Position numbers and translations under genes: made by a program
Assembly: GCA_963798955.1 (NCBI GenBank)
Contig: CAWCVO010000002.1
Span: 157,599 to 221,598, forward strand
Reading direction: 5' to 3'
Origin: an uncultured Chloroflexia bacterium
Lineage (GTDB): Bacteria > Chloroflexota > Limnocylindria > Limnocylindrales > CSP1-4
Length of the DNA stretch: 64,000 nucleotides
Shown: piece by piece, positions 27,728-36,114 of the stretch
How the letters are laid out: the number at the start of each line of letters is the position of its first letter
Position numbering within the stretch: the stretch's first letter is position 1
Notes under the pieces: model-generated
What the model saw: only the letters and a program-made list of their open reading frames with translations
What the model was told of the DNA's origin: nothing
Databases searched by the model: none

Positions 27728-27934
27728 ATGTTCTCCGATCCGGGGTTCGTGGCAGATCCCCGTGTGTAATCCTGACCTACATTATCGGAATTCCCCGCCG
27801 AACCGTCAACGGCCTGCCTGGCAGCTGAAGCACAGGCCATGCAGCCCGACTGATCGGTGCCAACAGACCTCGCCCGAACGTCCGATGCGGTCCACTCTCG
27901 CTGGCAGTTGCGTCATGGCATTTGGAGGCTGGCG

Positions 27935-28381
27935 ATGCTTACGGTTCACCTCGCCACCGGGCGGCCCCTCGCGCGGCCGCGCTACGTCTGGCTGGGAGTG
28001 GCGATCGAGTTGCTGACCGCGATCATGGCCGTTCCGGTGGGCGTTGCCCTCGTGCTCGATCCATCCGGCAAGGGCATCGGACTGCCGACGGAGTGGATCC
28101 AGGCCTCGGTCTTCGGCAGCTACTTCGTGCCCGGACTCTACTTGTTCGTCATGAACGGCCTGGGCATGGTCGTGGCCGCTGGACTGACCGCCACCGGCCA
28201 CTGGCTGGCGCCCTGGCTGCAGGGCGTGCTGTCGGTTGGCTTGATCGTCTGGATACTCGTCCAGCTCGCGATCATGCCCGAGGTCATGTGGCTCCAGTGG
28301 GTCTTCCTGGGCGCCGGCCTTGTCCTCGGCTTCATCAACCTGTTCTGGATGCGCCGAACCGGCCAGTTGCGCCTCTGGTAG
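27935..28381 (+). CDS. hypothetical integral membrane protein
   Basis: Four predicted TM helices. ATG preceded by GGAGG with a 6-nt spacer. Confidence 0.5.
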   Translation: MLTVHLATGRPLARPRYVWLGVAIELLTAIMAVPVGVALVLDPSGKGIGLPTEWIQASVFGSYFVPGLYLFVMNGLGMVVAAGLTATGHWLAPWLQGVLSVGLIVWILVQLAIMPEVMWLQWVFLGAGLVLGFINLFWMRRTGQLRLW

Positions 28382-28389
28382 TCGCGCGG

Positions 28390-28647
28390 TCAGGCTGGTT
28401 CCGGCAACGCCTCCAGCTGCGCCACGACAACGCTGGGCTCAAGCAGGGCGGTATCGGCCAGGAGGACACGTGTCCTGGCCTCACCGAACGGTTCGAGCGC
28501 CGCCTTGATCACCTGCCGGGCACTGCAGCCGATGGCGACGCTCTCCCCGACGCGAGCAATCCAGCGCTCACCAACACGAGCCAGCCGAACGGGAAGCCCG
28601 CCCAGCGTGAACTCGATCGATGTCGTATGACTGCCCACGCGAGGCAC
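28390..28647 (-). CDS. hypothetical small protein (possibly a remnant next to the IS insertion)
   Basis: 85-aa ORF only. No motif recognised. Confidence 0.25.
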   Translation of the reverse strand: MPRVGSHTTSIEFTLGGLPVRLARVGERWIARVGESVAIGCSARQVIKAALEPFGEARTRVLLADTALLEPSVVVAQLEALPEPA

Positions 28648-28751
28648 TTTGCGCGCCGCTTGTGACAGCTAGCGTGTCACAACGCTCGCTGGACCTACCC
28701 CGCTTTCGTGGACACCTACCATCGCGGCACCGTCCGCGGGAAGGAGTCCAC

Positions 28752-29045
28752 ATGGGGAGGAGGCACACCCACTACAGCACTGAGTTCCGGGCCGAGGCGG
28801 TGAGGCTGGCCGAGACATCGGGTCAGTCGGTCCGTCAGGTCGCGCTTGATCTGGGGATCGCCAACCAGACCCTCGGGCAGTGGCTCCGTCAGGCCCACGA
28901 GCGGCCGCCGGGAGCGCCGCTCGCGGCCGACGAGCGGGCCGAGCTCGTCGAGCTGCGGCGCCGGGTGAAGGTCCTCGAGACCGAGCGCGAGATCCTGCGA
29001 AAAGCAGCCGCCTTCTTCGCTCAGGAGACCGAGCGGACCCGGTGA
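28752..29045 (+). CDS. IS3-family transposase OrfA (HTH)
   Basis: MGRRHTHYSTEFRAEAV… IS3/IS911-type OrfA with a leucine-zipper end. Confidence 0.85.
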   Translation: MGRRHTHYSTEFRAEAVRLAETSGQSVRQVALDLGIANQTLGQWLRQAHERPPGAPLAADERAELVELRRRVKVLETEREILRKAAAFFAQETERTR

Positions 29046-29926
29046 CCCGGTTCCGCTTCGTCGAGCAGGAGAAGGCGAGCTATCCGGTGCGCATCCTCTG
29101 CCGCGCCCTCGGTGTCTCCCCGAGCGGCTACTACGCCTGGCGATCACGCGCTCCCTGCGCCCGAGAATGCGCGGATGCGGAACTGGCCGCGCAGATCCGC
29201 CGCGCGCATGCCCGGAGCCGCGGGACGTACGGCGTGCCGCGCATCCACGCCGACCTCGCCGATGCCGGCTTCCACGTCTCGCGCAAGCGGGTCGCGCGGC
29301 TGATGCGGCGTGACCATCTCGCGGGCGTCCATCGCCGCCGGTTCGTGCGCACGACGATCCGCGCCGAGCACGCGGCGCCGTTCCCCGATCTCGTCAAGCG
29401 CGACTTCAGCGCCGCGGGGCCCGACCGGCTGTGGGTCGCCGACATCACGGCGCTCCCGACACGCGCCGGAGCCTGCTACCTGGCCTCGATCGTCGACGCC
29501 TGGAGCCGCCGGGTCGTCGGCTGGTCGATGGCGGGACACATGCGCACCGAGCTCGTCAGCGCGGCGCTCGACGCGGCGATCGTCCGCCGCCGACCGGGCA
29601 CCGATCTCATCCATCACTCCGACCACGGCACGCAGTACACGAGCCTCGCGTTCGGACGGCGCCTGCGCGAGTCGGGGATCGCGGCGTCGATGGGCTCGAT
29701 CGGCGACTGCTACGACAACGCGCTGGCCGAGAGCTTCTTCGCCACCTTGGAGACAGAGCTGATCGACCGCTCCGACTGGGCGACCAGGGCGGAGGCCAAG
29801 GCCGCCGTCTTCGACTACATCGAGGTCTTCTACAACCGGATCCGCCGCCACAACAGCCTCGGCAAGCTCAGTCCCGAGCAGTTCGAGGAGCGCTATCGTT
29901 CAAGGCCGGTCATCGCGGCCGGATGA
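28880..29926 (+). CDS. IS3-family transposase OrfB (DDE integrase core), expressed as OrfAB by -1 frameshift
   Basis: rve-type DDE domain (…DITALPT… HSDHGTQYTS… CYDNALAESF). The -1 frame relative to orfA and a candidate slippery site GAAAAG near 29000 are consistent with programmed frameshifting. Confidence 0.85.
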   Translation: MAPSGPRAAAGSAARGRRAGRARRAAAPGEGPRDRARDPAKSSRLLRSGDRADPVTRFRFVEQEKASYPVRILCRALGVSPSGYYAWRSRAPCARECADAELAAQIRRAHARSRGTYGVPRIHADLADAGFHVSRKRVARLMRRDHLAGVHRRRFVRTTIRAEHAAPFPDLVKRDFSAAGPDRLWVADITALPTRAGACYLASIVDAWSRRVVGWSMAGHMRTELVSAALDAAIVRRRPGTDLIHHSDHGTQYTSLAFGRRLRESGIAASMGSIGDCYDNALAESFFATLETELIDRSDWATRAEAKAAVFDYIEVFYNRIRRHNSLGKLSPEQFEERYRSRPVIAAG

Positions 29927-30144
29927 GGCATCACGTCCACGAAACCGGGGCAACTCCACCCAGGCGGCCGACTGGAAGTCGACCAAACTTCGAGACCACC
30001 TACGCACGACGTGCGTCTTAGGTTCGCCGTTTCAGGCGCGGCCGGCCGTCTGCATGCGGGCGTGGGCGTAGAGAGCGCTCAAACGTGCGCCAGTTACGCA
30101 TCTCGGGCGTAAACGGTCGCAGCAGAGTGCCTACCACGCGGCTG

Positions 30145-30310
30145 GTGCGTAAATGGCGCGTGAATCGGGGTGACGCTCGCATTGCACGCGGCCGTGCGTA
30201 GGTGGCGCGTGAATCGGGGTGACGCTCGCATTGCACGCGGGCCGTGCGTAGGTGGCGCGTGAATTGGGGTGACGCTCGCATTGCACGCGGGCCGTGCGTA
30301 GGTGGCGCGT
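30145..30310. repeat. direct tandem repeat of a 50-bp unit (about 3.3 copies plus degenerate flanking copies)
   Basis: Unit GTGCGTAGGTGGCGCGTGAATCGGGGTGACGCTCGCATTGCACGCGGGCC at 30145, 30194 and 30244, with a partial copy at 30294. Each unit contains an imperfect inverted repeat (CGCGTGAAT…ATTGCACGCG). Confidence 0.85.
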
Positions 30311-30375
30311 GAATCGGCGTCAGGCGCGCGTACCACGGGTGACGCGCGCAGCGGGCACCAAGCGCGGGGCTGGCC

Positions 30376-31164
30376 CTAGGTCCGTCGCGCGCGCAGATCC
30401 AGGAAGAGCGGCAGCCGCCGCCAACGCGAACCCGCCGGATCAGTCTCATCGCCAATCTCGAACACGCGGTCGACCGCCAGCCCCACAGTCCCCAGCAACT
30501 CGAAGTAGGTCTGCAGCGGCCGATGTTCGCTGGTGAAGGTCATCGGCAACCCATCACGCTCGATCGTATCGGCGTAGCGCGACACGTCGAGATACGAGCC
30601 GTCGATCACGAATGCAGCGTCGGGCTCGCGCGAGGCGAAGTGGCCGGCCGAGTTGATGGGATGAACGATCGCGATGCATGCCACTCCCCGATCATCCAGC
30701 ACGCGTCCCAGCTCGACGATCGCCCCCGCGAGGTCATCGACATCCTGCAGTGACATGAACGCGGTGGCCAGCGCGACCGACCCGTCGGCGAAGGGCAGCG
30801 CCGAGGCGTCAGCCAGGCGATAGTCACCGGCGGGGTCCGCGGCTCGCGCCGCGTCGAGGAGCGTTGCGGACACGTCAACGCCCACGACGTCGTAGCCCCA
30901 CGACTTCAGGTCGCGCGGCAGCCGTCCCTCGCCGCAGCCGACGTCGACGGTCAGCCCGCGCGGCGGCGGCAACAACTCGCGGAATCGGTCGCGGTGGAAA
31001 CGCCAGTAACTGTCGTGGCCGGGCGTGCGCGCCCAGCGAATCCAGTCGGCGGCCACCTCCTGCCAAGCGTCGCTCAGCCGCCCGCTGAACGGCCTGCTTT
31101 CATCCGAGGCCAAACAGGTCCCAGCAACGTTCGAGCCCGGCCAGCTCGATGTGCGGCCGTTCAC
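30376..31164 (-). CDS. class I SAM-dependent methyltransferase
   Basis: VDVGCGEG SAM-binding motif I and the rest of a methyltransferase type 11-like fold. The start is uncertain (overlaps the upstream gene). Confidence 0.8.
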   Translation of the reverse strand: MNGRTSSWPGSNVAGTCLASDESRPFSGRLSDAWQEVAADWIRWARTPGHDSYWRFHRDRFRELLPPPRGLTVDVGCGEGRLPRDLKSWGYDVVGVDVSATLLDAARAADPAGDYRLADASALPFADGSVALATAFMSLQDVDDLAGAIVELGRVLDDRGVACIAIVHPINSAGHFASREPDAAFVIDGSYLDVSRYADTIERDGLPMTFTSEHRPLQTYFELLGTVGLAVDRVFEIGDETDPAGSRWRRLPLFLDLRARRT

Positions 31165-31747
31165 GTGAGCGCCACTCGTTCGCGGTCATGCGGTAGCGGA
31201 CGATCTCGCGCGGTTCACCGCGCGGGGCCAGGACATCGATGCCGTCCGCGTGATATCCAAGCGAGCGCGACACGGCAGCCGACGCGGGATTGTCGGCAAA
31301 CGCCCCGCTGGTGGCCCACTCCGCGCCGAGTTGGTCGAAGGCAAAGCCGAGCACGGCCGAGCGCATCTCCTTGCCGATCCCCTGGCCCTGGAACTCCTGC
31401 GCCAGCCACGACCCGGTGGAGACCGTCCTGAGCTCGGCGAACTGCCGGGCGCCGATGCCCTGCGTGCCGACCAGGTGGCGGCCGTCCAGCCACACGCCCA
31501 GGTCCAGGTTCCAGTTCTCCGGCGCGAAGGTCGCGCGCGTGCTCCAGTGGTACTGCATGAAGCTGCGCTCGAAAAACGGGCTGGGCTGGTCGGTCCAGGC
31601 GAAGCCGAAGGGCATCTCGGCCGGATCGTGGATGCCGGACATGGCAAGACCGAGCAGCTCGATCAATTCGTCCTCCGTGGGGAGGCGCAGCTCGAGCCGC
31701 TCGGTCCAAATCCGCAGGTCGTAGAGCGGCCAGGGATGCCCGTCCAT
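31100..31747 (-). CDS. GNAT family N-acetyltransferase (RimJ/RimL-like)
   Basis: Acetyl-CoA binding motif QGQGIGKEM…; 215 aa. Confidence 0.8.
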   Translation of the reverse strand: MDGHPWPLYDLRIWTERLELRLPTEDELIELLGLAMSGIHDPAEMPFGFAWTDQPSPFFERSFMQYHWSTRATFAPENWNLDLGVWLDGRHLVGTQGIGARQFAELRTVSTGSWLAQEFQGQGIGKEMRSAVLGFAFDQLGAEWATSGAFADNPASAAVSRSLGYHADGIDVLAPRGEPREIVRYRMTANEWRSRERPHIELAGLERCWDLFGLG

Positions 31748-31787
31748 CGCCGCCGGAGATTACTCCGACCGACGGACGGGCCCAGGC

Positions 31788-32531
31788 TTACTGGAGCGCC
31801 CCGATGATCGCCGCGGCCTCGTCGTCAGTCGCACTGTCGAAGAACACCAGCGTGTCGCCCAACGGGACGGCATACGACTTGGCGCCGTCGGCGTCGGTGT
31901 AGACGTAGACGTTCTTGCCACCGACATTCTGCTGGCTGACGTTGCCCGTGAGCGCGCTCTGGTCGGGGCTCAGGGCCGCCAGCTGGGCCAGGTACTGGAT
32001 CACGTTGCCGGCGTCCTGGTTGGGCGTGCGCAGCGCGCTCAGGCTGATGCTATCGGAGTTGATGACGACGTCGGCGCTGCCGAAGCTCATCGTTGCCAGC
32101 GGCAGATTGCCGAACTGACCCGCGCTGCCTTCAAGCACCGTCTGGCCACCGAAGGTGCACATCAGGTCAAGCCAGCTCTGCGAACTGACATTGGTGACCG
32201 GGTTGCCATTGACGTCCGCGGGGAAGTGGGCCTCCAGCTGCGGGTCGGGCGCGAAGCTCGGCTCGGGATTGTCGATGCTGAAGGTCGGCACGGAGTCACA
32301 TTCGTGGCCCGTCAGGCCGGCAACGCTGCTGGCCGGCTGGCTGGCCGCCGGCTGCGAGGCCGCCGGCTGCGAGGCCGCCGGCTGCGAGGCGACCGGCTGC
32401 TGCGTCGCGCCCGTAGTGTTTCCGGGAGCCTGGCTGGTGCCGGGCGACTCACTCGCGCCGGGCGACGAGCTGCACGCGGATATGACAAACAGCGCTACGG
32501 CGGCCAATACCGCCATCCTCGATCGAGACAT
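31788..32531 (-). CDS. hypothetical secreted lipoprotein with (QPAAS)n repeats
   Basis: Signal peptide plus lipobox (LFVISACSS), then a low-complexity QPAASQPAASQPAAS stretch. The ATG at 32531 was chosen over 32552. Confidence 0.6.
   Translation of the reverse strand: MSRSRMAVLAAVALFVISACSSSPGASESPGTSQAPGNTTGATQQPVASQPAASQPAASQPAASQPASSVAGLTGHECDSVPTFSIDNPEPSFAPDPQLEAHFPADVNGNPVTNVSSQSWLDLMCTFGGQTVLEGSAGQFGNLPLATMSFGSADVVINSDSISLSALRTPNQDAGNVIQYLAQLAALSPDQSALTGNVSQQNVGGKNVYVYTDADGAKSYAVPLGDTLVFFDSATDDEAAAIIGALQ
32344..32400. repeat. 15-nt tandem repeat (gccgccggctgcgag, 3 copies plus a partial copy) inside the lipoprotein gene
   Basis: Direct reading of 32341-32400. Confidence 0.6.
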
Positions 32532-32565
32532 GGGTTCCTCCTTGTGGTTCACGGCTGTTTCAGCG

Positions 32566-33111
32566 GTGCATAGTACGACGCCCGGATTGGAAACCGTGTC
32601 GAAGCGGCGACTCGGTGCACCACCACTCGGCTATAACACCATCGTGCGCTCCGCCATCCGCACCGAACTGGCGCGTACTTTCGACCGCGAAGAGCTGCGT
32701 GCCATCAAGCGCCTCTGGGTGCGCCATTCGATTGCCGAAGATGCGCGCGACATCGACGGGCTGTTGGCGACCCTGGCTGACGACTGCCTCTACGAAATCG
32801 TGCCCACCGGTCAGCGCTGGGTGGGCCGTGACGGCGTCCGCGCCTTCTACACCGAGCTGTTCGGCGCGTTTCCGGACAATCGTTTCGCGCTGCAACACAT
32901 CGTCGTCGGCCCGCAGGGCGTCTTCGAGGCCGCCCGACTCACCGGCACCAACCACGGTCCATGGGCAGGTGCGCCGCCGTCGGGACTACCGATCGACATG
33001 GACGTCCTGATCCTGTTCCCGTGGGATCCCCGAACGCGCCGCTTCCTGGGCGAGCGAATCTGGTTCGACCGCGCCGCCAGCGGCGCCGCGCGTGACCAAC
33101 GCGGCCGCTAA
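32566..33111 (+). CDS. SnoaL-like / NTF2-like domain protein
   Basis: Approximately 150-180 aa with (ATLADDCLYEIVP… GRDGVRAFYTELFGAFPDNRF) characteristic of the SnoaL-like polyketide-cyclase fold. The start is uncertain (GTG at 32566 or 32641). Confidence 0.55.
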   Translation: MHSTTPGLETVSKRRLGAPPLGYNTIVRSAIRTELARTFDREELRAIKRLWVRHSIAEDARDIDGLLATLADDCLYEIVPTGQRWVGRDGVRAFYTELFGAFPDNRFALQHIVVGPQGVFEAARLTGTNHGPWAGAPPSGLPIDMDVLILFPWDPRTRRFLGERIWFDRAASGAARDQRGR

Positions 33112-34356
33112 CCGCGCGTAGTCGTCGATCGAGTTGTAGACCTGCGCGGAAACGCGTAGCAGGCGCATCGGTGGCCGGTCGGTCGCTGCGGTATGCGGCC
33201 AGGTGTAGACCGGCACCTCGACCCCGAAGCCAGCCAGCAGCGTCTCGCGCAGTGGATCGAGCGGATAGGTCGCCATGGGTTCGTCCCTTGCGTCGGCCGC
33301 CGGACGACGTGGCGGGAGATCGGGCGGCAACGGCACGGCCGCGATGGATCCGATCAGCGCAGCGGGCGCCGGCGGCTCGCTGCCGACTGCCTGCGCGATC
33401 AGGTCGCGCGCAGCCAGGGCCAGCTCGTGGTTGGCGCGCATGACCTCCGCCCAGCCCCCGGGCACGAGCGTGGCCATGAAGTCGAGCGCCGCGGGAATGG
33501 ACAGGTACGCCGTCGGATCGGCGGTCCCCAGCCAGTCGAACTCGTGCCGAAATCGAGATCGGTCGTCGTGCCGTGCGTTCGCGCCATGAGAGATGACGAG
33601 CGGCCGGATGGCCGGTTGCCGGTCGCGGCGCACGTGCAGGAAGCCGGCGCCCTTGGGCGCGCACAGCCATTTGTGCGCGTTGCCGGTGTAGTAAGCGGCG
33701 CCCAGTTGATCGAGCTCGAGTGGCAGCATGCCCGGCGCGTGGGCGCCGTCGACGAGCGTGTCGATGCCACGTTGCGCAAGCGCGGCGACGATCTCGCGTA
33801 CCGGAAAGACAAGCGCCGTGGGACTGCTCACGTGGCTGACGACGGCCAGCCTGGTGCGCTCGCCGGCACGCTCCAGGATCGCGTCCGTGATCTGCTGCGG
33901 GTCGCCGACCGGAAAGCGCACGGCCGCTTCGACCAGCCGCGCGCCTGAGCGCTCCGCCACGAAACGAATCGCGTTCAGGCAGGCGTTGTACTCGTGATCG
34001 GTCGTCAGGATCTCGTCGCCGGCCGCGAACTCCAGCGAACGCAGCACCGTATTGACGCCGGTGGTGGCATTGGGCAGGAGGGCGAGGTCGTCCGGGTCGG
34101 CGCCCATGAAGCCTGCCAGGCGCTCACGTACCGCCTGCAGACGGGTTGGCAGCTCGACGTCGAGGAAGCGCACCGGCTCCCGCTCGAGACGCGCGCGCAA
34201 TTCCGACTGGACAGCCAGTACCGGCAGCGGGCACGCCCCGAAGGCGCCATGGTTGAGATAGGCGATTTCCGGGTCGAGCGCCCAGTAGCGCGCCAGTTCG
34301 CTGTTCACTGGCCGCAGTCTGAACTGTCCGCGCAGCCGCTGTGCGAGGATCGCCAC
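32986..34356 (-). CDS. aminotransferase class V-fold PLP enzyme (isopenicillin-N-epimerase / cysteine desulfurase-like)
   Basis: …YLNHGAFGA… YTGNAHKWLCAPKGAGFLHV (PLP-lysine region) … LLRVSAQVYNS. The start is uncertain (GTG at 34356 abuts the divergent SRAP start). Confidence 0.75.
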   Translation of the reverse strand: MAILAQRLRGQFRLRPVNSELARYWALDPEIAYLNHGAFGACPLPVLAVQSELRARLEREPVRFLDVELPTRLQAVRERLAGFMGADPDDLALLPNATTGVNTVLRSLEFAAGDEILTTDHEYNACLNAIRFVAERSGARLVEAAVRFPVGDPQQITDAILERAGERTRLAVVSHVSSPTALVFPVREIVAALAQRGIDTLVDGAHAPGMLPLELDQLGAAYYTGNAHKWLCAPKGAGFLHVRRDRQPAIRPLVISHGANARHDDRSRFRHEFDWLGTADPTAYLSIPAALDFMATLVPGGWAEVMRANHELALAARDLIAQAVGSEPPAPAALIGSIAAVPLPPDLPPRRPAADARDEPMATYPLDPLRETLLAGFGVEVPVYTWPHTAATDRPPMRLLRVSAQVYNSIDDYARLAAALVTRGAAGGAVEPDSLAQEAARSGIPREQDQDVHVDR

Positions 34357-34359
34357 GCG

Positions 34360-35073
34360 ATGTGTGGACGGATGACGCAGCAGGCCGATCCCGCCGAGAT
34401 CGGGCGCATCTTCGCGGCCGAGGTGCGTGAGCCGGAACTGCAGGCGGGACTGGGGCCGCGCTACAACGTGGCGCCCACGCAACCTGTCCGGGTGGTCGTC
34501 CAACGCGACGAGGCGCGCTACGTCGAACTGCATCGCTGGGGCCTGGTGCCGGCCTATGCGCAGAGCGTCGCGGCGGGCGCTCGGCTGATCAACGCCCGTG
34601 CCGAGACTGCGGCCACGACGCCCGCCTTCCGCACCTCGTTCGCCCGCCGGCGCTGCCTGATCCCGGTCGAGGGCTTCTACGAGTGGCGCCGCGACGGGCG
34701 CCGGCGCCAGCCCTTCCTCTTTCATCCGCGCGACGATCGGACGCTTGTCTTTGCCGGCCTGTGGTCGCCGTGGCGCGATCCGCACGACGACACGTGGCTG
34801 CTGTCCTGCGCGGTGGTCACGACGCGCGCCAACGGGCTGGTGAGTGAGCTTCACGATCGCATGCCGGTGATCCTCGACGACGCCGCCGCGCGCCTGTGGC
34901 TGGACCCGGCAATCACCGATCCCGGCCTGCTGACCGACCTCCTGCGGCCGGCCGACGAGGACCTCCTGCTCATGCGCCCGGTGTCGCCGCTGCTCAACAA
35001 TCCGAACAACGAGGGACCCGGGCTGCTGGAGCCACTGGCGGGTGACTCACCGCCGCTGACGCTCTTCGGCTAG
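34360..35073 (+). CDS. SOS-response-associated peptidase (SRAP/YedK, abasic-site processing protein)
   Basis: Starts MCGR (catalytic Cys2), then …IPVEGFYEW… typical SRAP; 237 aa. Confidence 0.85.
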   Translation: MCGRMTQQADPAEIGRIFAAEVREPELQAGLGPRYNVAPTQPVRVVVQRDEARYVELHRWGLVPAYAQSVAAGARLINARAETAATTPAFRTSFARRRCLIPVEGFYEWRRDGRRRQPFLFHPRDDRTLVFAGLWSPWRDPHDDTWLLSCAVVTTRANGLVSELHDRMPVILDDAAARLWLDPAITDPGLLTDLLRPADEDLLLMRPVSPLLNNPNNEGPGLLEPLAGDSPPLTLFG

Positions 35074-35492
35074 TCGGCCGGCTCCCGTTGCCACGGCACC
35101 CAGCGGCTGCCGTCCCACCAGCGGTGCCACAGGAAGCCGTCGCGGCCGGCGCAGAACACGTCAATCCGATCGGCGCCCGAAGAGGAGCACGCCGGTTGAC
35201 CGACCAGTTCGCCACCGAGCGTTTCCCATGGATGCCACGCGCTGCCGTCCCAGTAGCGGTCCCATAGCTGCCCGTCATCGAAGACGGCGAAGACCTCCAT
35301 CTCTCCTCTGGCCCAGGTGGTCACGGTCGGCCCCGAAGCGAGTCGGCCGCCCAGTCCTTCGTCCTCCGACCAGTCGTCACCGTCCCACCAGCGATGCCAC
35401 AGCTCGCCCGCCGTGCCTGCCCAGAAAAGGTCGATGCGATCGTGGCCCCAGGAGATCGCGGCAAGGTCCTCCACGCCCCGATTGTCGCCCAA
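35070..35492 (-). CDS. RSL/AAL-type fucose-lectin-like beta-propeller repeat protein (3 blades)
   Basis: Three approximately 40-aa repeats (DRIDLFWAGTAGELWHRWWDGDDW, EMEVFAVFDDGQLWDRYWDGSAW, DRIDVFCAGRDGFLWHRWWDGSRW) resembling the (I/V)RVY…W(C)WDGxGW blades of Ralstonia RSL and Aleuria AAL lectins. The start is uncertain. Confidence 0.55.
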   Translation of the reverse strand: MGDNRGVEDLAAISWGHDRIDLFWAGTAGELWHRWWDGDDWSEDEGLGGRLASGPTVTTWARGEMEVFAVFDDGQLWDRYWDGSAWHPWETLGGELVGQPACSSSGADRIDVFCAGRDGFLWHRWWDGSRWVPWQREPAD

Positions 35493-35494
35493 AC

Positions 35495-36106
35495 TCAGCG
35501 CGCGCCGGCCAGGCGTCGGGCAACGAAGATGGTCGCGAAGGCTGCCAGCGTCCAGCTCATCTCGGCCAGGAACGGCGAGACGAAGGTGACGGGGATCGAC
35601 AGCAGGAACACGAGCGGCACGGTCAGCTGGCGGAACCGGGTCACGCGCACGAAGCGGGGATCCAGGTCGCTCGTCAGGAGTCCGCGCCGAAGTGCGTACT
35701 CCCACATCCCAGCCGAGGTGAAGCCCAGCGCGGCCAGGCCGGCGGCGTAGAGCGCGGCCGGGGCAGCCAGGCCGCCATGAGCGCCGAGCGTGCCGGTGAC
35801 AAACGGCAGCTGCACCACGAAGAACAGGAACAGCGTGTTGAGGAACAGCAGACCGCTTGTCCAGCGCACGACGAAGCGGAACATGCGGTGGTGCGCGGCC
35901 CAGTACGCGGCGATGACGGCAAAGCTGAGCACGAACGCGAAGTAGTTCGGTACGAGCCCGGCCAGCAGGTCCACGAACTCGCCGTTGGTCAGGTCACCAA
36001 CGTCGGGCAGGCGCAGATCGATGGCGAGCAGCGTGAGCGCGATGGCCATTACGGCGTCGCTGAAGAAGATGATTCGTTCGAGCGGCAGTTCGTCGCGATC
36101 GATCAC
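35495..36106 (-). CDS. TMEM175/DUF1211-family K+ channel homologue
   Basis: RxxxFSDAVMAIALTLL signature on TM1 and six predicted TM helices; 203 aa. Confidence 0.7.
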   Translation of the reverse strand: MIDRDELPLERIIFFSDAVMAIALTLLAIDLRLPDVGDLTNGEFVDLLAGLVPNYFAFVLSFAVIAAYWAAHHRMFRFVVRWTSGLLFLNTLFLFFVVQLPFVTGTLGAHGGLAAPAALYAAGLAALGFTSAGMWEYALRRGLLTSDLDPRFVRVTRFRQLTVPLVFLLSIPVTFVSPFLAEMSWTLAAFATIFVARRLAGAR

Positions 36107-36114
36107 GGAGGCCG

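Larger units (their letters stand above)
28689..29958 (+). mobile_element. IS3-family insertion sequence (about 1.27 kb)
   Basis: Imperfect terminal inverted repeats: TGGACCTACCCCGCTTTCGTGGAC (28689-28712) and GTCCACGAAACCGGGGCAACTCCA (29935-29958), with TG…CA ends. Internal orfA/orfB with a -1 frame relationship. Confidence 0.8.

Noticed and set aside
30145-30310. CRISPR array hypothesis for the 50-bp repeats
   Set aside because: The repeats are directly adjacent with no unique spacers between them, and no cas genes are nearby. It is a tandem repeat, not CRISPR.
30094-30336. 80-aa minus-strand ORF with internally repeated peptide (…ASVTPIHAPPTHGPRAMRASPRFTRHLRTA… twice)
   Set aside because: It lies entirely within the 50-bp tandem DNA repeats. 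The periodic protein sequence is a by-product of translating the repeat, and there is no ribosome-binding site or start context.
32155-32565. Upstream 137 aa of the 318-aa ORF containing the SnoaL-like domain
   Set aside because: This part is antisense to the lipoprotein gene and has low-complexity RL/AG-rich sequence. The SnoaL fold needs only about 150 aa, so the start was moved to about 32566.
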